Below are positions 29,775 through 39,259 of a stretch of 64,000 nt of DNA, piece by piece; the first letter of the stretch is position 1, and each line of letters starts with the position of its first letter. The notes beneath the pieces were generated by a model. The model was given only the letters and a program-made list of their open reading frames with translations, was not told where the DNA came from and did not search any database. This DNA is from an uncultured Actinomycetes bacterium (lineage in GTDB: Bacteria > Actinomycetota > UBA4738 > HRBIN12). The position numbers were made by a program, and so were the translations under genes. The stretch covers positions 2,400,001 to 2,464,000 of the forward strand of contig OY969934.1 of NCBI GenBank assembly GCA_963704725.1, read 5' to 3'.

Positions 29775-31102
29775 CGCGCCACGTCCTCGTCGGAGTGGAC
29801 GATCGAGCTCGTCCAGCTCTCCCACTTGGACCCGGGGCTCTTGAACACGCCGCGGTTGAGCTGCCACAGCCACGCGAGCTGCGGGACACGATCGTCGATC
29901 TCCCACAGGTCGCGGTACTCGTGGATCGGCTCCGGCCGCCAGTCGATCGACCCCTTCGCGCCGAGCAGCTTCATCGAGGCCGGGAGCCGGAACTTCTCGA
30001 TGACGCCGTTGCAGCGCTCGAATCCCGCGGTGATCCGGTCGAACGCGCCGTAGGCGTCTCTCGTCAGGACCTCGGTGAGGTTCACCTTCATCGCGGCCAT
30101 CGTGAGCGGGTTGCCGTTGAACGTGCCGACCTGCTCGAGCTCGCCGTTCACGATCATGGCCATCGCGTCCTCGGTGCCGCCGATCGCGCCGCACGGCAGT
30201 CCCCCGCCGATCGCTTTCGCCAGGCACACGAGGTCGGGCACCACGCCGAACGCCTCGACCGCGCCGCCCCACGCGAGCGTGCATCCCGTCTTCACCTCGT
30301 CGAACGCGAGCAGCGCCCCGTTCGCGTGGCAGGCGTCCTTCAGCTCCGCGAGGTACCCGGGGTCGGGCAGCACCAGGCCGCAGTTCGTCATCGCCGGCTC
30401 GACGATCATCCCGGCGATCTCGCCCGGGTGCTCCTCGAAGGCGCGACGGACGGCCGCCGCGTCGTTGAACGGGACGCAGATCACCTGCTCGACGATGCCG
30501 CGCGGCATGCCAAGCGTCTGCGGCACGGACGCGGGGTGCTCGCGAGGCCCGGCCGCCTCGCGCGGCGGGAACACGCTCACCATGAGCGAGTCGTGGTGGC
30601 CGTGGTACGTGCCCTCGACCTTCAGCAGCGTCGTCCGCCCGGTCAGCGCGCGCATGATCCGCGTGGCGTCGAGCGTGGCCTCGGTCCCGGAGTTGCCGAA
30701 CCGCCACAGCGGCAGGCCGAAGCGCTCGGCCAGGTTATCCGCGCACGCGAGCGCGTCCTCGGTCGGCTGCGCGAAGTGCGTGCCGAGCTCGACGCGACGT
30801 TGCACCGCCTCGACCACCTTGGGATGGGCGTGGCCCATGACCATGACGCCGTAGCCGCTGTGGTAGTCGACGTACTCGTTGCCGTCGAGGTCCCACACCC
30901 GCGAGCCCGCGCCGCGACTCACGTAGATCGGGTGCGGCGGCCATTCCTGCCAGGACGAGCTCACGCCGCCCGGCAGCCGCGTCCTGGCGACCTCCCGGTA
31001 CTCGAGCGAGCGGCGGTGCTTCTCGTCGAGTGCGGCGGTCTCCTCCTTGATGAGCCGCTCGACGAGCTCGAGATCGATCTGAACATGGTCCTTCGCGGAC
31101 AT
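29732..31102 (-). CDS. Class-III PLP aminotransferase (GSA-aminomutase-like), paralog B
   Basis: PGGVSS, NSGTEAT, YHGHHD, FDEVKTG, LAKAIGGG, GTFNGNP. Confidence 0.88.
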   Translation of the reverse strand: MSAKDHVQIDLELVERLIKEETAALDEKHRRSLEYREVARTRLPGGVSSSWQEWPPHPIYVSRGAGSRVWDLDGNEYVDYHSGYGVMVMGHAHPKVVEAVQRRVELGTHFAQPTEDALACADNLAERFGLPLWRFGNSGTEATLDATRIMRALTGRTTLLKVEGTYHGHHDSLMVSVFPPREAAGPREHPASVPQTLGMPRGIVEQVICVPFNDAAAVRRAFEEHPGEIAGMIVEPAMTNCGLVLPDPGYLAELKDACHANGALLAFDEVKTGCTLAWGGAVEAFGVVPDLVCLAKAIGGGLPCGAIGGTEDAMAMIVNGELEQVGTFNGNPLTMAAMKVNLTEVLTRDAYGAFDRITAGFERCNGVIEKFRLPASMKLLGAKGSIDWRPEPIHEYRDLWEIDDRVPQLAWLWQLNRGVFKSPGSKWESWTSSIVHSDEDVARYVDNFEELAAAIT

Positions 31103-31120
31103 GCCATCCCCTCGTTTCGG

Positions 31121-32007
31121 TTATGGGTTCGCGCTCGCGAGCAGGTCGTCGAGGATGTCCCCGATCCTGCCGACGCGAGCGACAGGTGGCCGTGTTCGGG
31201 ATGCAGGTGCGCCCGCGCGGTCGGGACGTGCCCGGTCAGCCACTGACCGTGCGCGAACGGCACCATGAGGTCCTGTGCTCCCTGCCAGATCGACACCGGG
31301 ACCTCGATCGACGCGAGGTCGAACCCCCAGGGAGCGACGAAGGCCAGGTCGTCGTCGCGCCAGCCCCACAGCCCGTTCCGGAACGCCTCGCGGAACGAGG
31401 CCGCGAGGAGCTCGCCGAACTCGCCGGACAGCGAGGCCTCGTCGACCATCGAGATGATCGTGCGGAGCTCGCCCACGATCTGCTCGGGCGTGATCGAGGC
31501 CATCACCTCGGCTTGGGGCCGCATCCACTCGAGGTGGGCGTCGGGGTTCGAGGCCGCGAGCGGGTATTCGATCTGGTTCTCCTCCCCCATCCCCGCCGTC
31601 CAGTCGAGGCCCTCGGCGTCGTACGGCGCCACGCCGGCGATCGTGGCCGCGGCGAGCACGCGCTCGGGCAGGAGCGCGGCGCACGCGATCGCGTGCGGGC
31701 CGCCGCCGGACCATCCCGCGGTGAGGAACCGGTCGACGCCGAGATGATCGGCGAGCGCCGCCACGTCCTTCGCGCAGTCGGCGACCGTGCGTCCCTCGTG
31801 CCTCGAGGACCCGCCGAACCCCGGCCGCGAGTACGTCACGAGGCGGATCCCGCGCTCGGCCGCGGCGCCGTCGAACGTCCCGAACGGCACCGCGGCCCCC
31901 GGGCTGCCGTGATGGAAGACCAGCAGCGTGCCGGCCGGGTCGCCCTCGGAGAGGGCCTGCAGCGCCCGCCCGTCGTCGAGCGTGACGGTGATCGGCGCTG
32001 CGGTCAC
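31121..32007 (-). CDS. Alpha/beta hydrolase with a 1-nt frameshift near the 3' end
   Basis: HHGSPG, YSRPGFGGS, GWSGGGPHA, QGAQDLMVP, HGHLSL; C-terminus VGRIGDILDDLL is in another frame (shift near 31175). Confidence 0.85.
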
Positions 32008-33380
32008 GCCGAGATCGCCGCGGCGAACTCCGCGAAGTTCTCCACGTAGCGGCGGGCGTCGTCCTCCGTGTGGAACACGGACGTCGTCCACGTCTCCTGC
32101 TTCGACCAGGGCGACTTGAACACGCCGCGGTTCTGCTGGAACAGCCACGCCAGGTAGGTGATCCGCTCGTCGATCCCGATCGCGTCCCGGTACTCGCGCA
32201 CGGGCGTGGCCGAGTAGATCACCGACCCCTTGGCGCCCATGCCGGCGACGTACGCCGGGAGGCGGTGCTCCTCGATCGCGGCGCCGCACCCCTCGGCCAG
32301 CGCGCGATGCACGAGGTCGAGCTGCTCGTACACGTCCCTCGTCAGCACCTCGGTGAGGCAGGCGCGCGAGGCCGCCATCGTCAGCGGGTTCCCGTTGAAG
32401 GTGCCGGCCATGTCGTACTCGTCGCGAAGGACCGGGCCGAACAGCTCCTCGGTCGCACCGATCGCTCCGCACGGCAGGCCGCCGCCGATCGCCTTGGCCA
32501 GGCAGATCACGTCCGGCGTGACGCCGAAGGCCTCCACGGCCCCGCCGTACGCGATCGCCGCGCCGGTCTTCACCTCGTCGAACGCGAGGAACGCGCCGTG
32601 GCGATGCAGAAGGTCCTTGAGGCCCTGGAGGTAGCCCGGGTCGGGAAGGATCACGCCGCAGTTCATCATGGCCGGCTCGACGAACATGCCCGCGACGCTG
32701 CCCTCGAGCTCGGCGAGCGCGGCCTCGGCGGCGGCGAGGTCGTTGAACGGCACCACCCGAACCAGCTCGGCGAACGCCTCCGGGATCCCCAGGGCCTGCG
32801 GGAGCGTCACGGGGTGCTCGCGGGGACCGATCCGCTCCGGGTCGGGGATCACCGAGAACATCAGCGAGTCGTGATGACCGTGGTACGTGCCCTCGATCTT
32901 GATGAGGACGTCGCGGCCGGTCGCCGCCCGCATCAGGCGAGCGGCCTCCAGCGTCGACTCGGTGCCCGAGTTGCAGAACCGCCACAGCGGCAGGCCGAAC
33001 CGGTCCACGAGGTTCTCCCCCACCGCGTCGAGATCGCGCGTCGGCTGCGCGAAGTGCGTGCCGAGCCGGGCCCGGCGCTCGATCGCCTCGACGATCTTGG
33101 GGTGCGCGTGGCCCGCGACCATCGCCCCGTAGCCCAGGTGGTAATCGAGGTACTCGTTCCCGTCGATGTCCCACAGGCGGTTGCCCTGCCCCCGGTCGAC
33201 GTAGATCACGTGGGGCGGGGAGGCCTGCCATGACGATGCCACGCCGCCGGCCACGGTGCGCTCCGCGACCGCTCGGTAGGCGATCGAGGCCCGGTGCTTC
33301 GGCTCGAGCCTCGCCTCCTCCTCCGAGATCAGATGGTCGATCCGCTCGAGGTCGAGCTCGGTCGCCTGTCTGGTTGCCAC
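32004..33380 (-). CDS. Class-III PLP aminotransferase (GSA-aminomutase-like), paralog A
   Basis: GGVASS, NSGTEST, YHGHHD, FDEVKTG, LAKAIGGG, GTFNGNP. Confidence 0.88.
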   Translation of the reverse strand: MATRQATELDLERIDHLISEEEARLEPKHRASIAYRAVAERTVAGGVASSWQASPPHVIYVDRGQGNRLWDIDGNEYLDYHLGYGAMVAGHAHPKIVEAIERRARLGTHFAQPTRDLDAVGENLVDRFGLPLWRFCNSGTESTLEAARLMRAATGRDVLIKIEGTYHGHHDSLMFSVIPDPERIGPREHPVTLPQALGIPEAFAELVRVVPFNDLAAAEAALAELEGSVAGMFVEPAMMNCGVILPDPGYLQGLKDLLHRHGAFLAFDEVKTGAAIAYGGAVEAFGVTPDVICLAKAIGGGLPCGAIGATEELFGPVLRDEYDMAGTFNGNPLTMAASRACLTEVLTRDVYEQLDLVHRALAEGCGAAIEEHRLPAYVAGMGAKGSVIYSATPVREYRDAIGIDERITYLAWLFQQNRGVFKSPWSKQETWTTSVFHTEDDARRYVENFAEFAAAISA

Positions 33381-33544
33381 CTTTCGCCTCCCGCGGCACC
33401 GTCCCGGGCGTTCGCGCCCGGCCTTGAACGGCCGTTCAATGAGTATGCCAGCGCTCGCGCGGTCGTCGCAAGGCCCGTCGCGCCGAGAGGATCCGGCTCA
33501 TGGCGCACGCCCCGAGTCCGCGTTGCTATCGTTGTGCCGAACGT

Positions 33545-33622
33545 GGTGGCCGTAGCTCAATCGGTTAGAGCACCAGGTTGTGGTCCTGGGGGTTGGGGGT
33601 TCAAGTCCCCTCGGTCACCCCA
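33545..33622 (+). tRNA. tRNA-His(GTG)
   Basis: G-1, acceptor GTGGCCG/CGGTCAC, anticodon arm CCAGG-TTGTGGT-CCTGG, TTCAA T-loop, encoded CCA. Confidence 0.96.
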
Positions 33623-33652
33623 AGCGCGCGTGGCCCGTTGCTAGACTCCACC

Positions 33653-33726
33653 GGGCCTCTAGCTCAATCTGGCAGAGCAACGGACTCTTAATCCGCAGGT
33701 TCGGGGTTCGAATCCCCGGGGGCCCA
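33653..33726 (+). tRNA. tRNA-Lys(CTT)
   Basis: Acceptor GGGCCTC/GGGGCCC, anticodon loop CTCTTAA, T arm CGGGG-TTCGAAT-CCCCG; CCA not encoded. Confidence 0.95.
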
Positions 33727-33746
33727 CGCACAGGCCCACGCACAGG
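33721..33746 (+). repeat. Tandem 12-bp direct repeat overlapping the tRNA-Lys 3' end
   Basis: GGCCCACGCACA-GGCCCACGCACA-GG. Confidence 0.85.
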
Positions 33747-34051
33747 TGTTTGGTTCCGCCTGACGCGTGACACATCGGCTCCGGCTGACGGGCAGGCCTA
33801 CCAACGAAGCCCCAGGTAGAGGTCCCGTTTTCCGTCTTCGTCACACTGATCGAATCGGGTGAATACGCTCCATCCCGATCGCGGGGGAAATGGCCTGCTG
33901 CCTTGAGATTGAGGACCAGAGTCTGCCTGCAGCGCGGGAGGGAATGCCCATGCTCGCGATCGACCGAGGTCTCTCTCGCATCGCGCGGGTCATCGCGTTG
34001 TGGACGCGTGAATCACGACCCCGGCGGACCGGGCTCTAGGCTGGTGCGGGG

Positions 34052-35098
34052 ATGACCGCGATCGCAGGAGTACCCCTGGGCGAAGAGGCTGCTGCCGTGG
34101 CCGCCGTTCGTGCCGGCGACCAGGTGGCCTTCGCCACGTTGGCTGACCGGTACCGGCGACAGCTCCAGGTCCACTGCTACCGGATGCTGGGGTCGGTCGA
34201 CGACGCCGAGGACATGGTCCAGGAGACCCTGCTCCGCGCCTGGAGGGCCCGCGCATCCTTCCAGGGCCGGTCCCTGTTCCGGACCTGGCTCTACCGCATC
34301 GCCACGAACGCATGTCTGAATGCGCTCGAGCGCCAGCCACGCCGCATCACGCCGCCGGACCTCGGTCCGCCTTCGGACGACCCGCAAGCTCAGCTGGTCG
34401 AGTCTCCCGAGCTCCCCTGGCTTCAGCCGTATCCGGATCACCTGCTGGAACCTGCGGCGCCGACCGAAACCGAGCCCGAAGCACAGGTCGTGACGCGGGA
34501 GACCATCGAGCTCACCTTCTTGGCAGCGATCCAACATCTCCCGCCCAGGCAGCGGGCGATCCTCATCCTTCGTGATGCGCTTGGATGGACCGCCCAACAG
34601 ACCGCCGCGCTGCTCGACACCAGCGTCGTCTCGGTCAAGAGCTCCCTGCAACGCGCCCGTGGGACGATGCGCGGACGGCTACCCGCCCGCCGCCTCGACT
34701 GGACGTCGGCAACAGCGCCGAGCGCCGAGGAGCGCGCTGTGCTGCGCCGCTACATGACCGTCTATGAGCGGCACGACGCCACCGCGCTCACCGCTCTCCT
34801 GCGTGAGGACGCGCGGCAGACGATGCCACCGGTCCCGGCGTGGTTCGACGGCCGCGAGACGATCGTCGCTGTCAAGGCCTGGTGGCTCGGCCCGGCCAGA
34901 GAGGGTGACTTCCGGGTCTTGCCAACGGTGGCCAACCGCCAACCGGCCACCGCCATCTATCTCCGCCGTCACGGAGATGCGCTGTGCCGCCGTGTGGCCA
35001 TGGAGGTCCTGTGCATCGAAGACGGCCTGATCGTCGAGATCACCTCGTTCCTCGACACGCTCCTCAAGGCCTTCGACCTGCCGGCCGTGCTCCGATGA
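34052..35098 (+). CDS. ECF sigma factor, SigG/ECF56 type with C-terminal SnoaL-like domain
   Basis: HCYRMLGSVDDAEDMVQET, WLYRIATNACL, WLQPYPD, LPPRQRA, MPP, TVANRQP. Confidence 0.9.
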   Translation: MTAIAGVPLGEEAAAVAAVRAGDQVAFATLADRYRRQLQVHCYRMLGSVDDAEDMVQETLLRAWRARASFQGRSLFRTWLYRIATNACLNALERQPRRITPPDLGPPSDDPQAQLVESPELPWLQPYPDHLLEPAAPTETEPEAQVVTRETIELTFLAAIQHLPPRQRAILILRDALGWTAQQTAALLDTSVVSVKSSLQRARGTMRGRLPARRLDWTSATAPSAEERAVLRRYMTVYERHDATALTALLREDARQTMPPVPAWFDGRETIVAVKAWWLGPAREGDFRVLPTVANRQPATAIYLRRHGDALCRRVAMEVLCIEDGLIVEITSFLDTLLKAFDLPAVLR

Positions 35099-35381
35099 TG
35101 GACCGAAACGGCGGGCGGGTTCTCCCTCTTCGAGGGAGGGCTTGCGCCGGGCTTCGTCGTGCGCTTGATCACGCCGCTACCCGGCCGCGCTCATGCTGGA
35201 CCGCATGCCACCGCGGGTCCTGCGGAACCATGGCCGCCCGTGCTGCTCTCGGCCGTCTCGCGGTGTGCCCCGTCCGGGCTCGGCGCCTGGTTGGATCGAG
35301 CACGGCCGATCCCTTTTCCCGGAGCCTGGGTCTAAGCAGGTAACGACTCGCGAAGGGCGAGCACCGTCCGAAGGAGATCCG

Positions 35382-36173
35382 GTGAGCGCAGTCAGCAGCA
35401 CCCTCAACTCGAAGGACGGCACCACGATCGCTTTCGATCGGATCGGGGCCGGACCGCCCTTGATCCTCGTCGTCGGCGCCTTCAACGATCGGGCCACCGG
35501 CGCACCGCTCGCCGAGGTCTTGGCGACGGACTTCACCGCCGTCACGTACGACCGCCGCGGTCGAGGGGCGAGCGGGGACACGGCGCCCTACGCCGTCGAG
35601 CGCGAGATCCAGGACCTGGTCGCCCTGATCGACGTGGTCGGCGGTGAGGCATCGATCTTCGGCTACTCCTCGGGAGCGGCCCTGGCCCTGAAGGCCGCCG
35701 CGGCCGGCAGCGGCATCATCAAGCTGGCGCTGTACGACCTGCCTCCGGTGGTCGACGACGGTCGCCCCAGGGACGCGGTCGACCACGCCGCGCGGCTCGC
35801 CGAGCTGGTCGCCGAGGGACGCCGCGGAGATGCCGTCGAGTACTTCCAGTCCAAGCTCGTCGGCATCCCCGACGACGTCGTGGCGCAGCTGCGCCACGCG
35901 CCGTTCCGGCTCGCCCTCGAAGAGATGGCGCACACCCTCGTCTATGAGGCGCTGATCGTCGGCGAGCGATGGGAGCCGGCGGACCTCGCGTCCTCGATCA
36001 GCATCCCGACGCTCGCGGTGGCGGCCGGAGCCGGCTCGCCGTTGCTGCCCGCCGCGGCGGGGGCCTTTGCGGCTGCCGTTCCGAGTGCCCGCGCCGTCAC
36101 CCTCGACGGCCAGTCGCACGACATCGACCCGATGGTGCTGGCCCCCCTACTGAAGGACTTCCTCGCTGGGTGA
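35382..36173 (+). CDS. Alpha/beta hydrolase
   Basis: SKDGTTIAF, YDRRGRGASGD, GYSSGA, GQSH; RBS AAGGAG. Confidence 0.88.
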   Translation: MSAVSSTLNSKDGTTIAFDRIGAGPPLILVVGAFNDRATGAPLAEVLATDFTAVTYDRRGRGASGDTAPYAVEREIQDLVALIDVVGGEASIFGYSSGAALALKAAAAGSGIIKLALYDLPPVVDDGRPRDAVDHAARLAELVAEGRRGDAVEYFQSKLVGIPDDVVAQLRHAPFRLALEEMAHTLVYEALIVGERWEPADLASSISIPTLAVAAGAGSPLLPAAAGAFAAAVPSARAVTLDGQSHDIDPMVLAPLLKDFLAG

Positions 36174-36291
36174 GCGGACACCCTGCCAACGCTGGCCGGG
36201 TCGCTGCCATGCCCTGACGTGTCCCACTCTCGGTCGCAGGCACCCTCGGCGCGAGTCGGTGAGAGGCATCCGCCGGTGAGAGGCTTGGAAC

Positions 36292-37353
36292 ATGTTGGCC
36301 AACGCCCGTGTCGGCGAGCTCCTGTGGCTTGCCAGCCGCGAGGAGACCGACCACCGAAGGCGCGCGCTGGCACGGGCCTCACGCGCGTCATGGTTCTGGC
36401 CGCAGGAGGCCCACGACATGGTCGCCACCGGCCGGCCACTCACCGATCTTCGCGGGGTCGGTCCTTGGATCGCGGCTCAGATCGAGACCTGGCTCGAGAA
36501 CCCACCGCCCGTCCCGGAGCCCGACGAGACCCGGCGCGGATTCCTCACGTACGCGGAGGTGCGATCCGTGCTGGACGCGGATCCGGAGTGGGAGTCGCTT
36601 CCCTGTGCCGACCTTCAGATGCACACGACGCACAGCGACGGCTCGGTGGCCCTCGAGGGCATGATCGCGGCCGCGCGCACCCTCGGTCGGTCGTTCGTCG
36701 CCGTTACCGACCATTCCCAGTCGTTGAAGATCGCGAACGGCATGACACCGGAGCGGCTCGCCGTCCAGCGGCGCGAGATCGACGAGCTCGACGCGGCGTT
36801 CGCCGACGCAGGCGATGACTTCCGGATCCTCCGCTCGATGGAGGTCGACGTCTTCCCAGACGGGTCGATGGACATGGACGACGAGTCGTTGTCGACCCTG
36901 GATCTGGTGCTCGGCGCGTTCCACTCGAAGCTACGCTCCACCGCCGACGAGACCGAGCGGTACCTGACCGCCCTGGGACAGGCGCGTCTGCACGTGCTCG
37001 CGCACCCGAAGGCGCGGATGTACGGCAGACGCGTGGGACTGGTTGCGGACTGGCGACGGGTGTTCGCCGAGGCGGCGCGGCTGGGCAAGGCCGTCGAGCT
37101 GGACGCCACGGTGTGGCGCCAGGACCTGAACGTGGGGCTTGCGACGCTCGCCCGCGAGGAGGGCGTGCGGTGGTTCTCGATCGGAAGCGACGCACACAGC
37201 GAGCTCGAGCTCGAGTTCCTTCCGTTCGGCATGGCCACCGCCGTCCTCGCCGGCATCGAACGAGACCGCATCCTGAACTACCGATCGATCGACTTCGTGC
37301 GCTCGTGGGCGCGTGAGCTCGGCGAGGAGGCGAGGATCGAGCACGGGTCGTGA
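36292..37353 (+). CDS. PHP-domain phosphoesterase with N-terminal PolX-like HhH domain (no polymerase domain)
   Basis: LTDLRGVGPWIA HhH; ADLQMHT, TDHS, MEVD, AFHS, AHP, GSDAH. Confidence 0.82.
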   Translation: MLANARVGELLWLASREETDHRRRALARASRASWFWPQEAHDMVATGRPLTDLRGVGPWIAAQIETWLENPPPVPEPDETRRGFLTYAEVRSVLDADPEWESLPCADLQMHTTHSDGSVALEGMIAAARTLGRSFVAVTDHSQSLKIANGMTPERLAVQRREIDELDAAFADAGDDFRILRSMEVDVFPDGSMDMDDESLSTLDLVLGAFHSKLRSTADETERYLTALGQARLHVLAHPKARMYGRRVGLVADWRRVFAEAARLGKAVELDATVWRQDLNVGLATLAREEGVRWFSIGSDAHSELELEFLPFGMATAVLAGIERDRILNYRSIDFVRSWARELGEEARIEHGS

Positions 37354-37380
37354 TGCGATCCGGGTGTGCCCGACGCGCGG

Positions 37381-37797
37381 TCAGCGACCCCGAGCTCGTG
37401 CCCGTGCGATGAAGTCGTTCGCAAGCTCCAGTGGTGCGCAGGCCAGCCATCCGTCGATGAGCGCTTCCCTCAGCGCTCGCCTGGTGACCTTCGTCAGCTG
37501 GATCAAGACGGCCGGATACCCGTCGAAATGGGGGATCGTGAAGAAGGCCACAGGCTCCCCCGCCAGCACCGCCTCCTTCTCCACGAGATCGTCGACGCGA
37601 ACCGCAAGGATGGAACCATCGGGGACGGGCGCCTCACCGAACCGTTGGATGTCGGCCTTGCTGAACGGCCGCTCCCAGGCAAAGGCCTTCCCCGCGACGC
37701 TCCACGTGCGATTGCCGTGCCGCTCACCCTCGGTGACCTCCCGGAGGTCGGATGCGATGCGGGCCACGTCGTCGAGCGTCACCAGACGAGGGCTCAC
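37381..37797 (-). CDS. MmcQ/YjbR family protein
   Basis: WSVAGKAFAWERP, FFTIPHFDGYPAVL, WLACAP. Confidence 0.85.
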   Translation of the reverse strand: MSPRLVTLDDVARIASDLREVTEGERHGNRTWSVAGKAFAWERPFSKADIQRFGEAPVPDGSILAVRVDDLVEKEAVLAGEPVAFFTIPHFDGYPAVLIQLTKVTRRALREALIDGWLACAPLELANDFIARARARGR

Positions 37798-37975
37798 GGC
37801 GTTCTCCTCTGTCGGCCTCGCACCCCCGAACGTTCGGTCGCCGATCACCCTACCGGCAGGGGTACCTCTCCGTTCCATCGGCCGACGGCGCCCTGGGCCG
37901 CTTGGAGCCTCGCCGGAACCGCGGCCGACGAGCCCCATGCATGGGATTCCGGCGAGCGGCTACGATCCGCTCTTC

Positions 37976-39181
37976 GTGGGCGGATCCTCACGTCACGACG
38001 TGGCCAGGACGGCGGGAGTCGAGCTCGACTATGTCGATCGGCTGGTCGAGCTCGGGATCCTGACGCCCGGCGCGGGAGGCGTCTTCTCGACCGGTGACGT
38101 GCGCCGGGCGCGCTGGGTGTGGGCACTGGACCGGTCCGGCGTGCCACTCGAAGGGATGGCCGCCGCCGTCCGGGACGGAGCTCTGTCCTTCTCGTACCTC
38201 GATGCGTCGGCATTCGACCGGTTCGCGGGCATGAGCGCGACGACGTTCTCCGAGCTCAGCAACCAGACCGGCGTTCCGCTGGCGCTCCTGAAGGTGATCC
38301 GCGAGGCCTTTGGCTACGCCGAGCCGGGGCCCGATGATCTGGTCCGCGAGGACGAACGGTTGGTCGTGCCGGTGATCGAACTCCAGCTCTCCCGGGGGTT
38401 CCGGCCCGTCGTGATCGAGCGGTGGCTTCGGGTCTACGCGGACAGCCTGCGCCGGATCGCCGAGACGGAGACGGATTGGTGGAGGAAAGAGGTCGAACAG
38501 CCTCTGCTCCGGGAGGGCATGACTGAGGGCCGGATGCTGCAGGCGCAAGCCGAGGTCGGCTCGGCGATGACCCCCCTGATAGATCAGGCAATCCTGGCCA
38601 TGTACCACGGCCAGCAGGAGCACGCCTGGACCAGGAGCGCCGTCGAGGACGTGGAGGCCGCGCTGGAGGGGGCGGGCCTGCACCGTCGGTTGCGTCGTCC
38701 GCCGGCGGTGTGCTTCCTCGATATCAGCGGCTACACCCGGCTGACCGAGGAGCGGGGCGACGAGGCCGCCGCGGATCTCGCGGCGAGGCTGGCCACGTTG
38801 GTCCGACGGTCCTCCCTGGAACACGGGGGACAGCCGGTGAAGTGGCTGGGAGACGGCGTGATGTTCGTCTTCCCGGACCCGGCACCCTGCGTCGTGGCAG
38901 CCCTCGAGATGGTGGAGGGCGTGGAGTCGCACGGACTTCCCCCCGCCCACGTCGGGGTCCACGCCGGGCCGATGGTCTTCCAGGAAGGTGACTATTTCGG
39001 CCGCACGGTGAACATCGCAGCCAGGATCGCGGAGTTCGCCAGGCCGGGCGAGGTCCTCGTGAGCCAGGAGGTCGTCGACGCGGCGAAGGAAGCTCCCGTG
39101 ACGTTCACGGACGTCGGTCCCGTCGAGCTCAAGGGGGTGTCGGGCACCATCCACCTCCACTCCGCCCGCGGAGCTGGCTGA
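37976..39181 (+). CDS. Class-III adenylate cyclase with N-terminal helical/HTH regulatory region
   Basis: FLDISGYT, VKWLGDGVM, DYFGRTVNIAARI, ELKG; start approximate (alternative ATG 37937). Confidence 0.88.
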   Translation: MGGSSRHDVARTAGVELDYVDRLVELGILTPGAGGVFSTGDVRRARWVWALDRSGVPLEGMAAAVRDGALSFSYLDASAFDRFAGMSATTFSELSNQTGVPLALLKVIREAFGYAEPGPDDLVREDERLVVPVIELQLSRGFRPVVIERWLRVYADSLRRIAETETDWWRKEVEQPLLREGMTEGRMLQAQAEVGSAMTPLIDQAILAMYHGQQEHAWTRSAVEDVEAALEGAGLHRRLRRPPAVCFLDISGYTRLTEERGDEAAADLAARLATLVRRSSLEHGGQPVKWLGDGVMFVFPDPAPCVVAALEMVEGVESHGLPPAHVGVHAGPMVFQEGDYFGRTVNIAARIAEFARPGEVLVSQEVVDAAKEAPVTFTDVGPVELKGVSGTIHLHSARGAG

Positions 39182-39259
39182 GCGCCATGGATCTACCTCA
39201 GGTTCCCTTTCTCGCTTGCTCGCTGCGCGGGGTCGATCCCGCCGCGCCGCGTCGAGAGC

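Noticed and set aside
29732-33380. Assigning hemL to either aminotransferase
   Set aside because: They lack the PGGVNSPVR signature and there is no heme gene context
30961-33399. 812-aa ORF
   Set aside because: Only 32007 to about 31175 is real (hydrolase); the rest is shadow of the aminotransferases
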